Numbered from the whole stretch's first letter, positions 38,070-52,789 are shown. The stretch: 63,458 nt of DNA, filler included, from Octopus bimaculoides (GCF_001194135.2; 6 parts of 5 records of this genome joined end to end with filler, not necessarily neighbours in it), one strand, 5' to 3'. Notes: a model not told the origin generated them from the sequence alone. Program-made: numbers and translations.

Positions 38070-38505
38070 AGGCATGGCTGTGTGGTAAGAAGCTTGCTTC
38101 CCAACCACATCGTTTTTGGTTCAGTTCCACTGTGTGACACACTGGGCAAATGTCTTCTACGACTGCCTCAGACCAACCAAATCTTTGTGAGTTGACAGAA
38201 ACGGAAAGAAGCCCATCACACACACACGCATGCGTGCATGCGTGTGTGTCTATGTATGTTTGTCTTTGTGTTTGTGGTTGTTCCCCACCACCACCACCAC
38301 CACTGCTTGACAAATGGTGTTGGTTTGTTTGCACCCCTCATAAATTAGGAATTCAGTAAAAGAAACCAACAGAGTAAGGACCAGATTTTAACAAAAAAAA
38401 AAAGAAAAAAGTCTTGCGGGTCGATTTGTTTGATTAAACCCCTTTTTAAGGTGGTACTCCAGCTGGGCCACAATCCAATTACTGAAACAGGTAAAAGATA
38501 AAAGA
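38070..38505 (+). mobile_element. SINE family C, full length
   Basis: ggctgtgtggtaagaagcttgcttcccaaccac..ggttcagttccactg head plus tail ending gactgaaacaggtaaaaga-like. Confidence 0.82.
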
Positions 38506-39039
38506 CAGAAGATGAATTTGTTGTATGTGTGTTTGTTTGTGTGGGTGAATGTCTTAAACTAAGTCACTCATGCAGAACCGGTGACGATGTTGTTGACGAT
38601 TCCCTGTCAATGGGTCATAATGCAGCTCAACCCAATCAGAGAGGAGGGGATTAAAAATCCTTTACTTGTAAAACATGAAAAGGTTAGAGACGGGAGGAGC
38701 ATTCGTTTGTAAAACAATGCTTCAATATACATCTTTATCCAACTTATGCTTGTATACATAAGCAAATGATAAAGGAAAGAATTTGTGAACACACACACAC
38801 ACACACACACATATGTATGTATATATGTATGTATCATGACAAATGTCAAAGAATGGAGTTAGCAAATCATTTTAACACTTCATTTACAATCGTTTCATCA
38901 TAATTCAATATAATCATTCTTGCGTAATGCTGTAATGATTCCAGCAGCTATTGATTAATTGTCATGTGCTGTGTACGATTTCTTCTATAACACATACTGA
39001 ACATGAATCTTTAAAATTCCATAAAAAAAAATACCATAT

Positions 39040-39095
<56 letters not shown>

Positions 39096-39775
39096 ATATA
39101 TATATATATAGTATTGGTTAGTTAGTGGATCAATAATTTTTCAGACATATGTCATCAATTCTCTCCATCATCCATCATATTATTTTAACCTCTTGTGTAG
39201 AGCATCTACTGCCTTCTAAAGATTGGTTGACGTAGTTTTTTTCGCTGATTTTGTTCTTCCCCTCTTACCATTAGAAGGCTGCCCCCCCCCCATTATTCCT
39301 GGGAAGGTCATGAGGCGTCAGGCCTCAGGCACCTCTTCCATAAGGTCTAATCAGAAGCAATCCATCCATCCATCCATCTGTACACTTACATAGGCACACA
39401 TTCGTACAAACACATGTGCATACACACACATTAAAAATGTACCAGTTGCGTACTGCGGTCGATGTAATCGATTTAACTATTCCTAGGTCTGAGTATAAAA
39501 ACTGTACCCCTTTGCTAAGCTATGTTGAGGTAGTGTAGCAGATTAGGCTCATCAAACTAGTATGGTCTCAAGCTCAGATTCAAGGCTTACACATCAGACT
39601 GTGGCTGGTGGAGTGGGTATGTTGAGTCCAGTATCCAGCAGTGGACTTCACATGGGCAATCTAACCGAATCCATGCTGTATATTGAGCACTATTGGTAAA
39701 AGCAAGGAGAAACGGATGCATAGAGGCATGCAAGGTAATACCGCAATATTTCACCTCTCAAATCTTCTATTGAAG

Positions 39776-39868
39776 ATCTACATGAAGGACTGGATGTAGA
39801 ACCAAGAAAGGAACCAGAACTGAAGAACGAGATGACCATTAATGGATTTGACAAACCACCATCAGCAA
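39776..39868 (+). CDS. Candidate internal exon, unidentified gene
   Basis: Pyrimidine-rich tract + gaag|AT, donor GCAA|gtaaac, 93 nt, phase 1-1: DLHEGLDVEPRKEPELKNEMTINGFDKPPSA. Confidence 0.3.
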
Positions 39869-40201
39869 GTAAACAGATCTTTGTGTACATGTGCGTGTGT
39901 GAAAGAGAGGGAGTGTGTGTGTGAGTATGTGTATTTATTTGTTTTATGAGTTTCATAGCAATATTAATATTATTAATATTTCGAATCAAAGGTTTTTCTT
40001 GTGAAGAAAAATCTTTGATTTCAAACATTTAATACTCCTGTAAAACTCATAAAACAAACAAATAAATAATCACTTAACAGTCGTGTATTGAGTCCTTTAA
40101 TGTCTACTAAATCTGTCAAATCTTCAGATTAATATAATCAATGAAAGATAAATATACACATAGATATGTATACATACATACATATATATATATATATTTA
40201 T

Positions 40202-40253
<52 letters not shown>

Positions 40254-40406
40254 NNNNNNNNNNTGTATGTATGTATGTATGTATGTATGTATATATATAT
40301 ATATATATATATATGCATATATACACACATCTCACTTTCAAATATATTTATAGCTGTATGTTTAAATGTTTGTGCACTCACATATGTGTGTGTGTATATA
40401 TATATA

Positions 40407-40446
<40 letters not shown>

Positions 40447-41418
40447 NNNNNNNNNNNNNNNNNNNNNNNNNNNNNNNNNNNNNNNNNNNNNNNNNNNNNN
40501 NNNNNNNNNNNNNNNNNNNNNNNNNNNNNNNNNNNNNNNNNNNNNNNNNNNNNNNNNNNNNNNNNNNNNNNNNNNNNNNNNNNNNNNNNNNNNNNNNNNN
40601 NNNNNNNNNNNNNNNNNNNNNNNNNNNNNNNNNNNNNNNNNNNNNNNNNNNNNNNNNNNNNNNNNNNNNNNNNNNNNNNNNNNNNNNNNNNNNNNNNNNN
40701 NNNNNNNNNNNNNNNNNNNNNNNNNNNNNNNNNNNNNNNNNNNNNNNNNNNNNNNNNNNNNNNNNNNNNNNNNNNNNNNNNNNNNNNNNNNNNNNNNNNN
40801 NNNNNNNNNNNNNNNNNNNNNNNNNNNNNNNNNNNNNNNNNNNNNNNNNNNNNNNNNNNNNNNNNNNNNNNNNNNNNNNNNNNNNNNNNNNNNNNNNNNN
40901 NNNNNNNNNNNNNNNNNNNNNNNNNNNNNNNNNNNNNNNNNNNNNNNNNNNNNNNNNNNNNNNNNNNNNNNNNNNNNNNNNNNNNNNNNNNNNNNNNNNN
41001 NNNNNNNNNNNNNNNNNNNNNNNNNNNNNNNNNNNNNNNNNNNNNNNNNNNNNNNNNNNNNNNNNNNNNNNNNNNNNNNNNNNNNNNNNNNNNNNNNNNN
41101 NNNNNNNNNNNNNNNNNNNNNNNNNNNNNNNNNNNNNNNNNNNNNNNNNNNNNNNNNNNNNNNNNNNNNNNNNNNNNNNNNNNNNNNNNNNNNNNNNNNN
41201 NNNNNNNNNNNNNNNNNNNNNNNNNNNNNNNNNNNNNNNNNNNNNNNNNNNNNNNNNNNNNNNNNNNNNNNNNNNNNNNNNNNNNNNNNNNNNNNNNNNN
41301 NNNNNNNNNNNNNNNNNNNNNNNNNNNNNNNNNNNNNNNNNNNNNNNNNNNNATTGACTAGACATCCTCCTCTAAAATATTTCAAATCTCGTGCCTACAG
41401 TAGAAACGATTATTATTA

Positions 41419-41454
<36 letters not shown>

Positions 41455-41456
<2 letters not shown>

Positions 41457-41965
41457 GAGTGAGAGAGCAGTGCATGCCATCAAAGTGACACTGGGGTAAA
41501 CTGTACAAAGCCCAATATACCCATCATGACTACCCGTCTGATAAGGGTACACCAGGCACATGCATACAACCATATGTGTGCAACATGGTGATCTCATATC
41601 AAGATAAACAGTGCATCACCTTGCAGGTGGGGTCCAGTTAGAATTTTCTTCAGGTCAAGTAGCCCATTCTGCTCAAAAGGTCCCTGAGTAAGGGTTGTTT
41701 AAGGGTGTTCCAAAGGTGAATTATGCAAACCCCAAAGAATTCTTCTCAACTTATGGCTATGATGCTCCCCCACTACTCCTGCTCAAGATCAGAGATGCAC
41801 ATATCATCAGCCACCAAGGGACATGCTCAACTGGTTAAGGTCAAACAAATGACAAGCAAATCTGTGGTATTGAGCAGAATATTTGCTGTAGGCCATCTTT
41901 TATACCAAGACAAAACGTGTACATGATAACACTTCTAATCAGTTAAAATCAGAAGCCATGAGAGC
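41455..41965. repeat. Dispersed interspersed repeat next to (ATT)n (possibly a retroelement end)
   Basis: Non-coding ~500 bp abutting an (ATT)n tract; resembles a high-copy octopus repeat as I recall it. No second copy in the window. Confidence 0.35.
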
Positions 41966-42344
41966 CAATGCCTGGTACTCCATCAGGGCATTTATTATTA
42001 TTATCATCATTATTTTTACTATTATTGTTATTATTATTAGTGTTGAGGATGTGGATGATGGTTATGATGATGATGACGATGATGGTGATGATAATAATAT
42101 ATGTCAGACAGATATACACATACACAAGCATAGATACAACATTATTTATTTGGTGTTTTTATATGAGCTATTGTTCTATCTATCTATTACATATACATGT
42201 GTGTGTGTATATGCACGCGTGTGTATGTGTGTGTGCATGTGCTTATGTGCAGGATTTCAAATAGTTTACATACACAAATGTACATACAAATGCATATGTA
42301 GAAATGCACATATACAGAGTTTTTTTTTTCAAAAACTTTTTGGC

Positions 42345-42379
<35 letters not shown>

Positions 42380-42658
42380 ATGCATGTGTTTTACTTTAAG
42401 TGTATGTATATGTATTTATTCCAATTCCTACAAATTGGCCACCATACACATACATAAACACACATATATATTCACACAAACACATGCAGCTCACATTCTC
42501 ATAAATATATATATAAATATACATATAAAATTATATATACACATTTATATATATGAATTTACATACATACATACATATATATACATACACATGATCAGAT
42601 ACATTTGTGTGTGTGTATATATATATATATATTTACATATGTATATGAATACACATAA

Positions 42659-42700
<42 letters not shown>

Positions 42701-43159
42701 GATCACACATATCTACACACACACGTAGTTATATAGAGAAGAATCATACAAAATTAAAATTCCAGTTTTTGATTTATTTTGCTTTTTTATTCTACACCTC
42801 ATGATGTATTTATGTGCAAGTACATGCGTATATATGTATGTGTGTGTATAGCTGCATGTGTATGTCTGTGTGCCTGTATGTCTACCGATTTTTTCATTAG
42901 TTCATACAAACACTCAGAACTAAAGTTTATATTCATTTTTCTTGCTTCTCTTTAAAAAATTTTTTTTTCATATTTGGTTTATTATTTCTATTACTACTAC
43001 TATCATTAATATTATTATTATTATTATTATTATTATTATCATTCGCTACTGTATCTTCTCCTAAAATTTTCATTTTTCCATTTTTCATGTATTTATGTAT
43101 CATCGCACCACCATCATCACTTGTGTCTACTCACACATACACACAGTGATATATATATG

Positions 43160-43204
<45 letters not shown>

Positions 43205-43284
43205 CTGGAGATGTTTGTATTTTTATTTTGGTTTTCTTTTACTGTTTTGAAGAATTAATTTTCTATTGAAATCATGTCTGTTCT

Positions 43285-44350
43285 ATAAATTGATAGTCGA
43301 CACCTCACTCAAGATTCTGTCGACATTTCACTCAGCAGTTCTGTCAACACTTCACTTAACACTCCATTTAAAATGTCTCTCAACACTTCACTCACTATTA
43401 TTGTCAACACCCAACATTTCTCACAACTCTTCACTCAGCATTTTTGTGAACATTCCACTCAACAATTCTGTTGATACTTCATTCAAGACTTATCTCAAAC
43501 TTTATCTCAACACTTCACTCAATATATTATTCAACAATTCTATTAACCCTCCACTGATGGCATTTAAGTGAAGAAGTGTTTAGTGAGTTGAGTGGAAAGA
43601 AATTATGGATGAAGAAGACCAAGAAAAAATATGAGCAGATGTCATTCACAGAGGCACAAGTTCCCTCTTCAAATGCCCTGCCCTTCTCATAATTCCTTGT
43701 CTTACAAGTTACTTGGTTACTTGGTCAGTGCTGGTGGCACATTAAAAGCAACCAATCCACACTGTAACATGGTTGGTGTCTGGAAGGGCACCCAGCTGTA
43801 AAAATCATGTCAAAACTAACCTCGCCTGTGCTAGTGCCACATAAAAAGCACTGAGTCCACTCTGTGGAGTGGTTGGTGTTAGGAAGGGCATCCAGCACTT
43901 TACTCAACAATTCTGTCAACACGTCACTCAACATTTTTGTTGACACTTCCATTCACCAATCCTATCAACACCTCACCCAGCCCTTCACTCAACATATATT
44001 AACACTTCACTCAGCTTCAGTCAACATTTCACTCAACAATTCTCTCAAGATTCCACTTAACATTTTTGTAACTACTTCACTCAATAATTTTGACAACACT
44101 TCACTCAACAATTCTCTCAAGATTCCACTTAACATTTTTGTAACTACTTCACTCAATAATTTTGACAACACTTTACTCAACAATTCTCTCAGGATTCCAC
44201 TCAGCATTTCTGTAACCACTTCACTCAATAATTCTGTCAACACTTTACTCAACACTCCAGTCAATTCTGTCAACAATTCACTCAACATTACTGCTGGCAC
44301 TTCACTCAACATTACCTTTGACACTTCACTCAACATCTCTTTCAACACTG
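43285..44350. repeat. Degenerate 12-bp-based minisatellite (TTCACTCAACA..) with 3x72-bp higher-order unit, interrupted by a dispersed repeat at ~43724-43900
   Basis: Recurrent TCACTCAAC. 72-bp copies start at 44028, 44100 and 44172. Confidence 0.88.
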
Positions 44351-45067
44351 TATTCATCGTTACTTTGAATTCTTCTCATCTTCATTAGCATCCTCGTTTG
44401 TAATTTCAAGTTAATTTACTCGAGATTTATCAGCTCTTGTAATTAAAAAAACAACAACATTTTTTTTAATCAATTATTTATTTATTTGTTTGTTTAACTT
44501 TTTAATGGTTTATTTTGGTTGTCGAGTTGTTTGTGTTCATTTAGCAACCTGTTTAAACTAACAGCTTTGTCTTCTAACTCTGCCAATCTTTAGAATGTTG
44601 GAACTACTAATTAGTCATTCTTACAGCGCCGGCGTCACACTCATCTGTGACATTGTCGAACACATTGATCTCGTGTTTTAATTTTTTTTATTACATCGTC
44701 ATCATTATCATCATCATCATTAAAATTGTTGTTTAGCGTCGTCATACTTGTTATCTTTGTTTTATGCAGACATATATACATAGATGAATATGTATAAACA
44801 AATTCCCCCCTCTATCTCTCTCTATATATATGCATGTATGTATATATGCATGTATATACATACATATACGTGTGTGTGTTTGTGTGACTACATGCACACA
44901 TATATATATATATATATAGATATATACTTACACATACAAACACACGCATATATACATATATACTCACGTGTATAAATAAATGTATATGTATGTATATATA
45001 TGTATATATATATATATGTGTATATATATGCTTATATATATATATATATTTATATATGTAATATATG

Positions 45068-45187
<120 letters not shown>

Positions 45188-45287
45188 TGTATAGAAACTA
45201 AGAGAGAGTAGGACATATTGGTATGTAGGTAGATAGACATATAGATTGTTGGGTAGGTAAGTGGGTTGGCAAATTAACTGGTATATA

Positions 45288-45318
<31 letters not shown>

Positions 45319-45879
45319 GTATGTATACATGTATGTGTATACATGCATGTTAGTATGCATGCATGTGGAGTAGGTAGGTAGGCAGGTTGGTAGATAGGTA
45401 AGTAGACAAAGAGACGGGCAGGAGGATTGGTAGGTAAAAACAGGTAGGTAGATAGGTAAGTAGGCAGGTAGGTAGGTAGGTCGGTAGGAAGGTAGGCAGG
45501 TATATGCAAACCTATGTGATGAAGGTGATGATGATGATGTTGGTGATGCTATTTACCAGTTCTTCTATCTACTTACCACTATCACCAACGCCAACAATCA
45601 AAGTGGTCCAGAATCTATATAGTTAGGTGTTTAATAAATGTTGTATGGTGAGTGTATTGAATAACGAATACATTGAAGACATACAACTTACCAAGACAGA
45701 GGATTGTTTTTGCTACAGTAGCCAGCCTCTACTGGCAACATTGCTGGTTGATATTAATAATGTTCTAAACAGCACAGAGAGTGTAGATCACTGTTAGAGA
45801 CAGAGAAATTAGTGAGAAATGATAGATTATATACTTGGTAGTTAGGGATAGAAGCACACATATGCACACACACACACAC

Positions 45880-46670
45880 ACACACACAGACAAATGCACA
45901 TATGCATATATGCTTATGCGCACACATGCCTATGTATATGCACATACATGCATATAAAAATGCAAATACATGGACGTATGTATGCTCTCACAGATGCATA
46001 CACATGAATGCATGGAAGTATATACATATATACACATGCATACATATACATACATTGATGCGTGCATGCATAGTACATGCACACTTAAGTGTATATACAG
46101 GCATACACATGCACAGATATATGAACATATGTATGCACTAGTACAAACACACACATGCACAAATACATGTGGATATATATGCACACATATGCACAGATGC
46201 ACAAACACATGCACATGAATGTACACATTCATACATGCACATGCACACATGCTTATTCATACACATATGCACATACATATATGCATACATACACACACAT
46301 GCACACACATATATACAGTCATACATGCTCATATGCAAACACAAGCACACACACATAAACACACATATGCATATGCACACATGTACTCACATGTGCACAC
46401 ATAAATGCATATACACATATGTACACATATATATATATATATACAGACATGTATGCCCATATGCACACACAAGCACACACAAACACATATGCATACACAC
46501 ATGTATGCACACTTACACACAGCACACATACTTGGGCACACACAAGCACACACAAACACTAAAATGCACACACACACAAACACGCATATGCACTTACACA
46601 CGTGTATGCACACATGCACACAGCACACACTTACTTGTGCACACACAAATGCACACACACACATAAGGAC
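45880..46670. repeat. Cryptic compound CA/TA/TG microsatellite field
   Basis: ~800 bp of alternating purine-pyrimidine sequence; source of many spurious H/T/C/V/Y ORFs. Representative of dozens of (CA)n, (TA)n, (GA)n, (AAT)n, (ATC)n, (AAG)n, (TAGA)n and (ATGT)n tracts across the window. Confidence 0.9.
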
Positions 46671-46706
46671 ACACTCCTGTGCATACAGGGAAAGTGTTTT
46701 TTTTAG

Positions 46707-46743
46707 CGGATATCTGGCAAGCGAAGTCAGGCAAATGTTTGTG
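46707..46743 (+). CDS. Candidate 37-nt exon, unidentified gene
   Basis: Strong acceptor tgttttttttag|C and strong donor GTG|gtgagt. All three frames are open; phase 1-2 reads DIWQAKSGKCL(W). Confidence 0.35.
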
Positions 46744-46964
46744 GTGAGTGTGGCCAAGATGTGATCAATGAAAGCCATCTTATTTGGGGAGGAGACAGTG
46801 AACAGCAATCAGTTTGTCAGGTGCTATAGAATTTAATCCAAACAAGAAACTTTATTAATTTACCAGCAGTCTGGCTCTGTGTTTACGTATATATCTACCA
46901 ACAAATAAAGAAATAAATACATTACACACACACACACACACACACATACACACTCACACACATA

Positions 46965-47330
46965 CATATATACTTGATTCACAAAATGGATAGCGATACA
47001 GAAAAGCAGCAAAATGAGACAACCGATGTGCAGACTTTGTGAAGTTAACACCAAAGATATCAACCGCATCATAAGCAGTTGTCCGAAAATGTAATCACGG
47101 TGTTATCTACTGGTAGTGCTAATAGTGCTGATAATTGGAGCATATTTGATCATAGGTCTACGGGATGAGAGCTGACCTTGGGCTAAACAACTACAATAGC
47201 ACCTGTACAGATGCCTATAGTGATGAAAAGATGCTAATATCCTACAGTAAGCACCTTTGGAAATCTGAATTACCTGGTATAAAAAAAATAACAACAATAG
47301 TTTTGTGCATCTAATTTTCACACCTAAAGT
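46965..47330 (+). mobile_element. Decayed RLE-type (R2/R4-like) non-LTR element fragment
   Basis: CCHC-knuckle remnant CRLCEVNTKDINRIISSCPKM*SRCYL, followed by LIIGA (cf. PIIIGALG). Confidence 0.55.
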
Positions 47331-47482
47331 GTGCATACAAACATTAATAATTACATTAATTAATTATGTTATTAATTAATTAGATAATTAATTGAAATAG
47401 CAAACAACAACAACAATTATAATAATAATACTAATAACAATAATAATGATAAGAATAATGATGATTATAGTAATACTAAAAC

Positions 47483-47537
<55 letters not shown>

Positions 47538-47689
47538 TTTAATGATAATAACAGCGAAGTTTATAATGACAGTGACGTTGATAATGTATCATATATAAAA
47601 TTTTAAAAAAAATTTAGTTTGTTAATACGAAACTACAGCTATTTACATAGTCAGTCTATATTTTCCATATATGAAATGTATTTTTTTTT

Positions 47690-47880
47690 ATTTGTTTCAG
47701 TTATTTGACTGCGGCCATGCTGGAGCACTGCATTTAGTCGACCATATCGACTCCCACAAGACTTATTCATTGTAAGCTTAGCACTTATTCTATTGGTCTC
47801 TTTTGCCAAACTGGTAGATTATGGGGACGGGACGTAAACACAGCAACATCGGTTGTCAAGCGGTGAGGGTAGGACAGACA
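47690..47880 (-). mobile_element. SINE family C tail half
   Basis: tttgactgcggccatgctggagcac..gacgtaaacac..atcggttgtcaagcg. Confidence 0.8.
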
Positions 47881-47966
47881 CACAAAACACACACACACAC
47901 ATATGTATCTTTTACCTTTTACTTGTTTCAGGTATTAGACTGCAAACATACTGGTGCATCACCTTG

Positions 47967-48003
<37 letters not shown>

Positions 48004-48513
48004 NNNNNNNNNNNNNNNNNNNNNNNNNNNNNNNNNNNNNNNNNNNNNNNNNNNNNNNNNNNNNNNNNNNNNNNNNNNNNNNNNNNNNNNNNNNNNNNNN
48101 NNNNNNNNNNNNNNNNNNNNNNNNNNNNNNNNNNNNNNNNNNNNNNNNNNNNNNNNNNNNNNNNNNNNNNNNNNNNNNNNNNNNNNNNNNNNNNNNNNNN
48201 NNNNNNNNNNNNNNNNNNNNNNNNNNNNNNNNNNNNNNNNNNNNNNNNNNNNNNNNNNNNNNNNNNNNNNNNNNNNNNNNNNNNNNNNNNNNNNNNNNNN
48301 NNNNNNNNNNNNNNNNNNNNNNNNNNNNNNNNNNNNNNNNNNNNNNNNNNNNNNNNNNNNNNNNNNNNNNNNNNNNNNNNNNNNNNNNNNNNNNNNNNNN
48401 NNNNNNNNNNNNNNNNNNNNNNNNNNNNNNNNNNNNNNNNNNNNNNNNNNNNNNNNNNNNNNNNNNNNNNNNNNNNNNNNNNNNNNNNNNNNNNNNNNNN
48501 NNNNNNNNNNNNA

Positions 48514-48645
48514 GCATCCAGCTGTAGAAACTCTGCCAGATCAGATTGGAGCCTGGTGCAGCCATCTGGTTCACCAGTCCCCAGTCAAACCCATACCAGC
48601 ATGGAAAGCAGACATTAAACGATGATGATGATGATGATGATGATG
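48514..48645 (+). repeat. Dispersed retroelement-type 3' end with (GAT)n tail
   Basis: gcatccagctgtagaaact..ccagcatggaaagcagacattaaacgatgatgat. The same end appears reversed at ~61055-61097, and a related part at 43724-43900. Confidence 0.65.
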
Positions 48646-48670
48646 ATATGTGTGTGTGTGTGTGTGTGTA

Positions 48671-48701
<31 letters not shown>

Positions 48702-49131
48702 ATATTTGCAGCATACATGCACATAGTTTTGTAAATAATGTTTGGGTGTGTATACATAGTACCTCTGTGTACGTTTTGTGCAATTAAATCAATGTATTTC
48801 AGCACAAAATCACAAACACCCCGCCCATCTCCTGCTCATACTACAGGGATGGACAAATCATATTCACACACACACACACACACAACACACACACACACAA
48901 CACACACACATACATGTCCTTTTATTTATCTATCTACCTACCATTGTATATGCTTTTCTGTCCAGCTCTATCTACATCTACCTATCCATCTATCTATCTA
49001 TCTATCTATCTGTCCATCCATCCCCCTCCCCCCTCTCTCTCTCTATATATATATATATAAATATACCTATCTATCTGTCTGTTTATCTGTCTCTCTGTCT
49101 ACATTCATAAGCATGATTTTAATATCCAAAT

Positions 49132-49168
<37 letters not shown>

Positions 49169-50142
49169 NNNNNNNNNNNNNNNNNNNNNNNNNNNNNNNN
49201 NNNNNNNNNNNNNNNNNNNNNNNNNNNNNNNNNNNNNNNNNNNNNNNNNNNNNNNNNNNNNNNNNNNNNNNNNNNNNNNNNNNNNNNNNNNNNNNNNNNN
49301 NNNNNNNNNNNNNNNNNNNNNNNNNNNNNNNNNNNNNNNNNNNNNNNNNNNNNNNNNNNNNNNNNNNNNNNNNNNNNNNNNNNNNNNNNNNNNNNNNNNN
49401 NNNNNNNNNNNNNNNNNNNNNNNNNNNNNNNNNNNNNNNNNNNNNNNNNNNNNNNNNNNNNNNNNNNNNNNNNNNNNNNNNNNNNNNNNNNNNNNNNNNN
49501 NNNNNNNNNNNNNNNNNNNNNNNNNNNNNNNNNNNNNNNNNNNNNNNNNNNNNNNNNNNNNNNNNNNNNNNNNNNNNNNNNNNNNNNNNNNNNNNNNNNN
49601 NNNNNNNNNNNNNNNNNNNNNNNNNNNNNNNNNNNNNNNNNNNNNNNNNNNNNNNNNNNNNNNNNNNNNNNNNNNNNNNNNNNNNNNNNNNNNNNNNNNN
49701 NNNNNNNNNNNNNNNNNNNNNNNNNNNNNNNNNNNNNNNNNNNNNNNNNNNNNNNNNNNNNNNNNNNNNNNNNNNNNNNNNNNNNNNNNNNNNNNNNNNN
49801 NNNNNNNNNNNNNNNNNNNNNNNNNNNNNNNNNNNNNNNNNNNNNNNNNNNNNNNNNNNNNNNNNNNNNNNNNNNNNNNNNNNNNNNNNNNNNNNNNNNN
49901 NNNNNNNNNNNNNNNNNNNNNNNNNNNNNNNNNNNNNNNNNNNNNNNNNNNNNNNNNNNNNNNNNNNNNNNNNNNNNNNNNNNNNNNNNNNNNNNNNNNN
50001 NNNNNNNNNNNNNNNNNNNNNNNNNNNNNNNNNNNNNNNNNNNNNNNNNNNNNNNNNNNNNNNNNNNNNNNNNNNNNNNNNNNNNNNNNNNNNNNNNNNN
50101 NNNNNNNNNNNNNNNNNNNNNNNNNNNNNNNNNNNNNNNNNN

Positions 50143-50183
<41 letters not shown>

Positions 50184-50438
50184 GTAAATAGCATCAAATA
50201 CTGGCTGTGAATTGATCTTACTGTAAACACCAGATTATAATTGCAAATGTTGTTGAAAATATACACAAACAAGTTTTATACACACTACAAACGCATTATA
50301 TAGACATATGTGTGTACTTGTGCATCTATGTATATGTGCATATGTATATTTGTATATAAGAACAAGTGAGTTTATGCTTGAGTATGTTTGTGTGCTTGCA
50401 TGCAGGCATGTGTGTATGTGTATGCAAAAAATGTGTGT

Positions 50439-50489
<51 letters not shown>

Positions 50490-50847
50490 CATGTGTGAGT
50501 CTATGTTTGTATGTATGCATGTGTATGAGTAGGTGCACATGTACTGAAAAACAGATTTATTTGCATAAATTAATGCATACTTATCTAAACACAGTTTATA
50601 TATATATAGACGTCTATATACATCTATGATATACTCCGTTATATATACACTTAGACAAACAGAGAAATATAGAGACAGGCCTTGTATATGTATACATGAA
50701 CATATATGCATGTATATACATACATACCTATAAATATATGTATATGCACACATGTATACATATACACACATACAATATATACACACATATATATATATAT
50801 ATGCATATACTCATTTACTATTTGTTTATATATATATATATATATAT

Positions 50848-50947
50848 NNNNNNNNNNNNNNNNNNNNNNNNNNNNNNNNNNNNNNNNNNNNTTAATTAAT
50901 TAANNNNNNNNNNNNNNNNNNNNNNNNNNNNNNNNNNNNNNNNNNNN
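50848..50947. other. Artificial assembly join
   Basis: 44 N + TTAATTAATTAA (50892-50903) + 44 N. Confidence 0.95.
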
Positions 50948-51899
50948 ATATATATATATAAATACATATACATATACATATACATATATATAGAAATAAG
51001 TATATGTTTAAATATATATATATATCCATACATAGATACATAGATAATACATACATACATACATACATACACACATACATACTTACATATGTATGCAGGT
51101 GTTTGTGTATGTATGTACATTGTGCTTTTTTTTGTTTGTCAATCCTTTTGAGAAAGACATTGCTGATAAGAAGACCAGTAGAAATGCATATTATCGTTAA
51201 GTTGATGAGACGATAAATCTCTCCCATCATCTGTAATCTGACTAAATCCATGGCATACTGTTGACGAAGTATGTCAAACAGACTTATTTCTAGAAGTTAT
51301 TTGCATTAAAGAAACCTGCGACAAAGAAGGAAAACTATGCTCCGATTTTCAATTCTACATATACGCTCGAAAATGCGTTATTTCCGAACCAAGTAACATA
51401 CATTTGGATTTTCTTCCTACACAGATGAAAAATAATGAAATAATGTAGTCGATAAAACAGAGTATAGTTAGATAAACAGATACGTACATGAATTTCATAC
51501 ATAAATAGAAACATACGAATAGGCATCCATATATAAGCTTCGGTAGAGTTGTATTTTTTAGTAGATGTCTCAAGGTGAAAAAAAAAAAAAAAAAGAAAGA
51601 ACTTAAGCTTTTCAAGCAAATAAATAAACCGGATGCAATGAACTTTCCAGAAACAATTCATAAGTGGAACAGTAAAACCAAACTAAGACCAATTTCTCAG
51701 AGTTTGATAGGTTGAAATTAATGGTTTTTGTTTTTCATCAAATTCCAATAACAGAGCTTTTATTTCTTTCTTGGAAAATCTTTCTTTCCACAAAAAATAC
51801 TGATTCAAAAAACAGAAGCGAAATGACACAAGACAGACACGTTCACACGTACGCATGCGCACACAAACGCTCAAACAATGACACATACACACAGACAGC

Positions 51900-52085
51900 G
51901 AGCGGCGAGCTGGCAGAAACGTTAGCACGCCGGGCGAAATGCTTAGCGGTATTTCGTCTGCCGCTACGTTCTGAGTTCAAATTCCGCCGAGGTCGAATTT
52001 GCTTTTCAACCTTTCGAGGTCGATTAAATAAGTATCCGTTACGCACAGGAGTTGATATAATAGACTTAATCCGTTTGTCTGTCTT
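51900..52085 (+). mobile_element. SINE family A in sense orientation
   Basis: gcggcgagctggcagaaacgttagc (A-box-like) ... ctgagttcaaattccgcc (B-box). Confidence 0.87.
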
Positions 52086-52789
52086 TGTTAGTTAAAAAGT
52101 TAATACAGTTAACGTCAAATGCAATTTAGAGAAAGAGAAGGAGGAGAAAAAAATTAGTAGAAAACCAGGAGTGGAGAAAAGTAGTACGATAGATGAATAG
52201 GAATAATGCTTAAATGCGTGGGAATAGATATATTTAGTGCAAATGAAATGTAAGAAGATAGTTAAAGGTCGAATTTTATAGATTGGTAGAAATTACTTAT
52301 AAGAACTAAAGGTATGTTTTTGCCAATGTTTACAACAATAAACGCGTTCTTTAAACGTTTTTACAAGAGAATTCTCTGAGAACAGAATGAGACAGAGTTA
52401 TTCGTTACAGAGCTGACAAGAAGATTTTCCTTTATCATATGGAAATAACCTAGATAGGAATATTTCATTTCAGATCAAATTGCTTTTGTTCCTTCAGAGA
52501 CCAAATTAATTTATTTTTAAAAATAACTTGCCAGCGTTCCCTTCATCATATAAGCAGTCATCACATTCGGTTAAAAAGGCTTATTGATGTTTTGTTTCTC
52601 TTTTATTCCCTGATCACATTCTTTGACATTGTTTTATTTCCTTTGGAATAAAGACCAATGTTTTCTTCGAAACATACGTCGGAAGAACAAAGATTGGAAT
52701 AACACCTGCGTTTAACTCCATTTCTGTATTTATCTGTGCACACGCGCGCGCACATACACACACGTATATGTATGTATGTGTGTCTGTGT

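Noticed and set aside
39690-39845. Minus-strand MVISFFSSGS..IEDLR|G as the receptor's first exon
   Set aside because: Phase-compatible, but 29570-29597 has a better start context and donor and lies on the same block; this one is beyond an artificial join.
51900-51990. tRNA gene calls for SINE heads (also 841, 7160, 26575, 32550, 38070)
   Set aside because: A/B boxes are present, but no complete cloverleaf is evident, and each continues into a shared SINE body.
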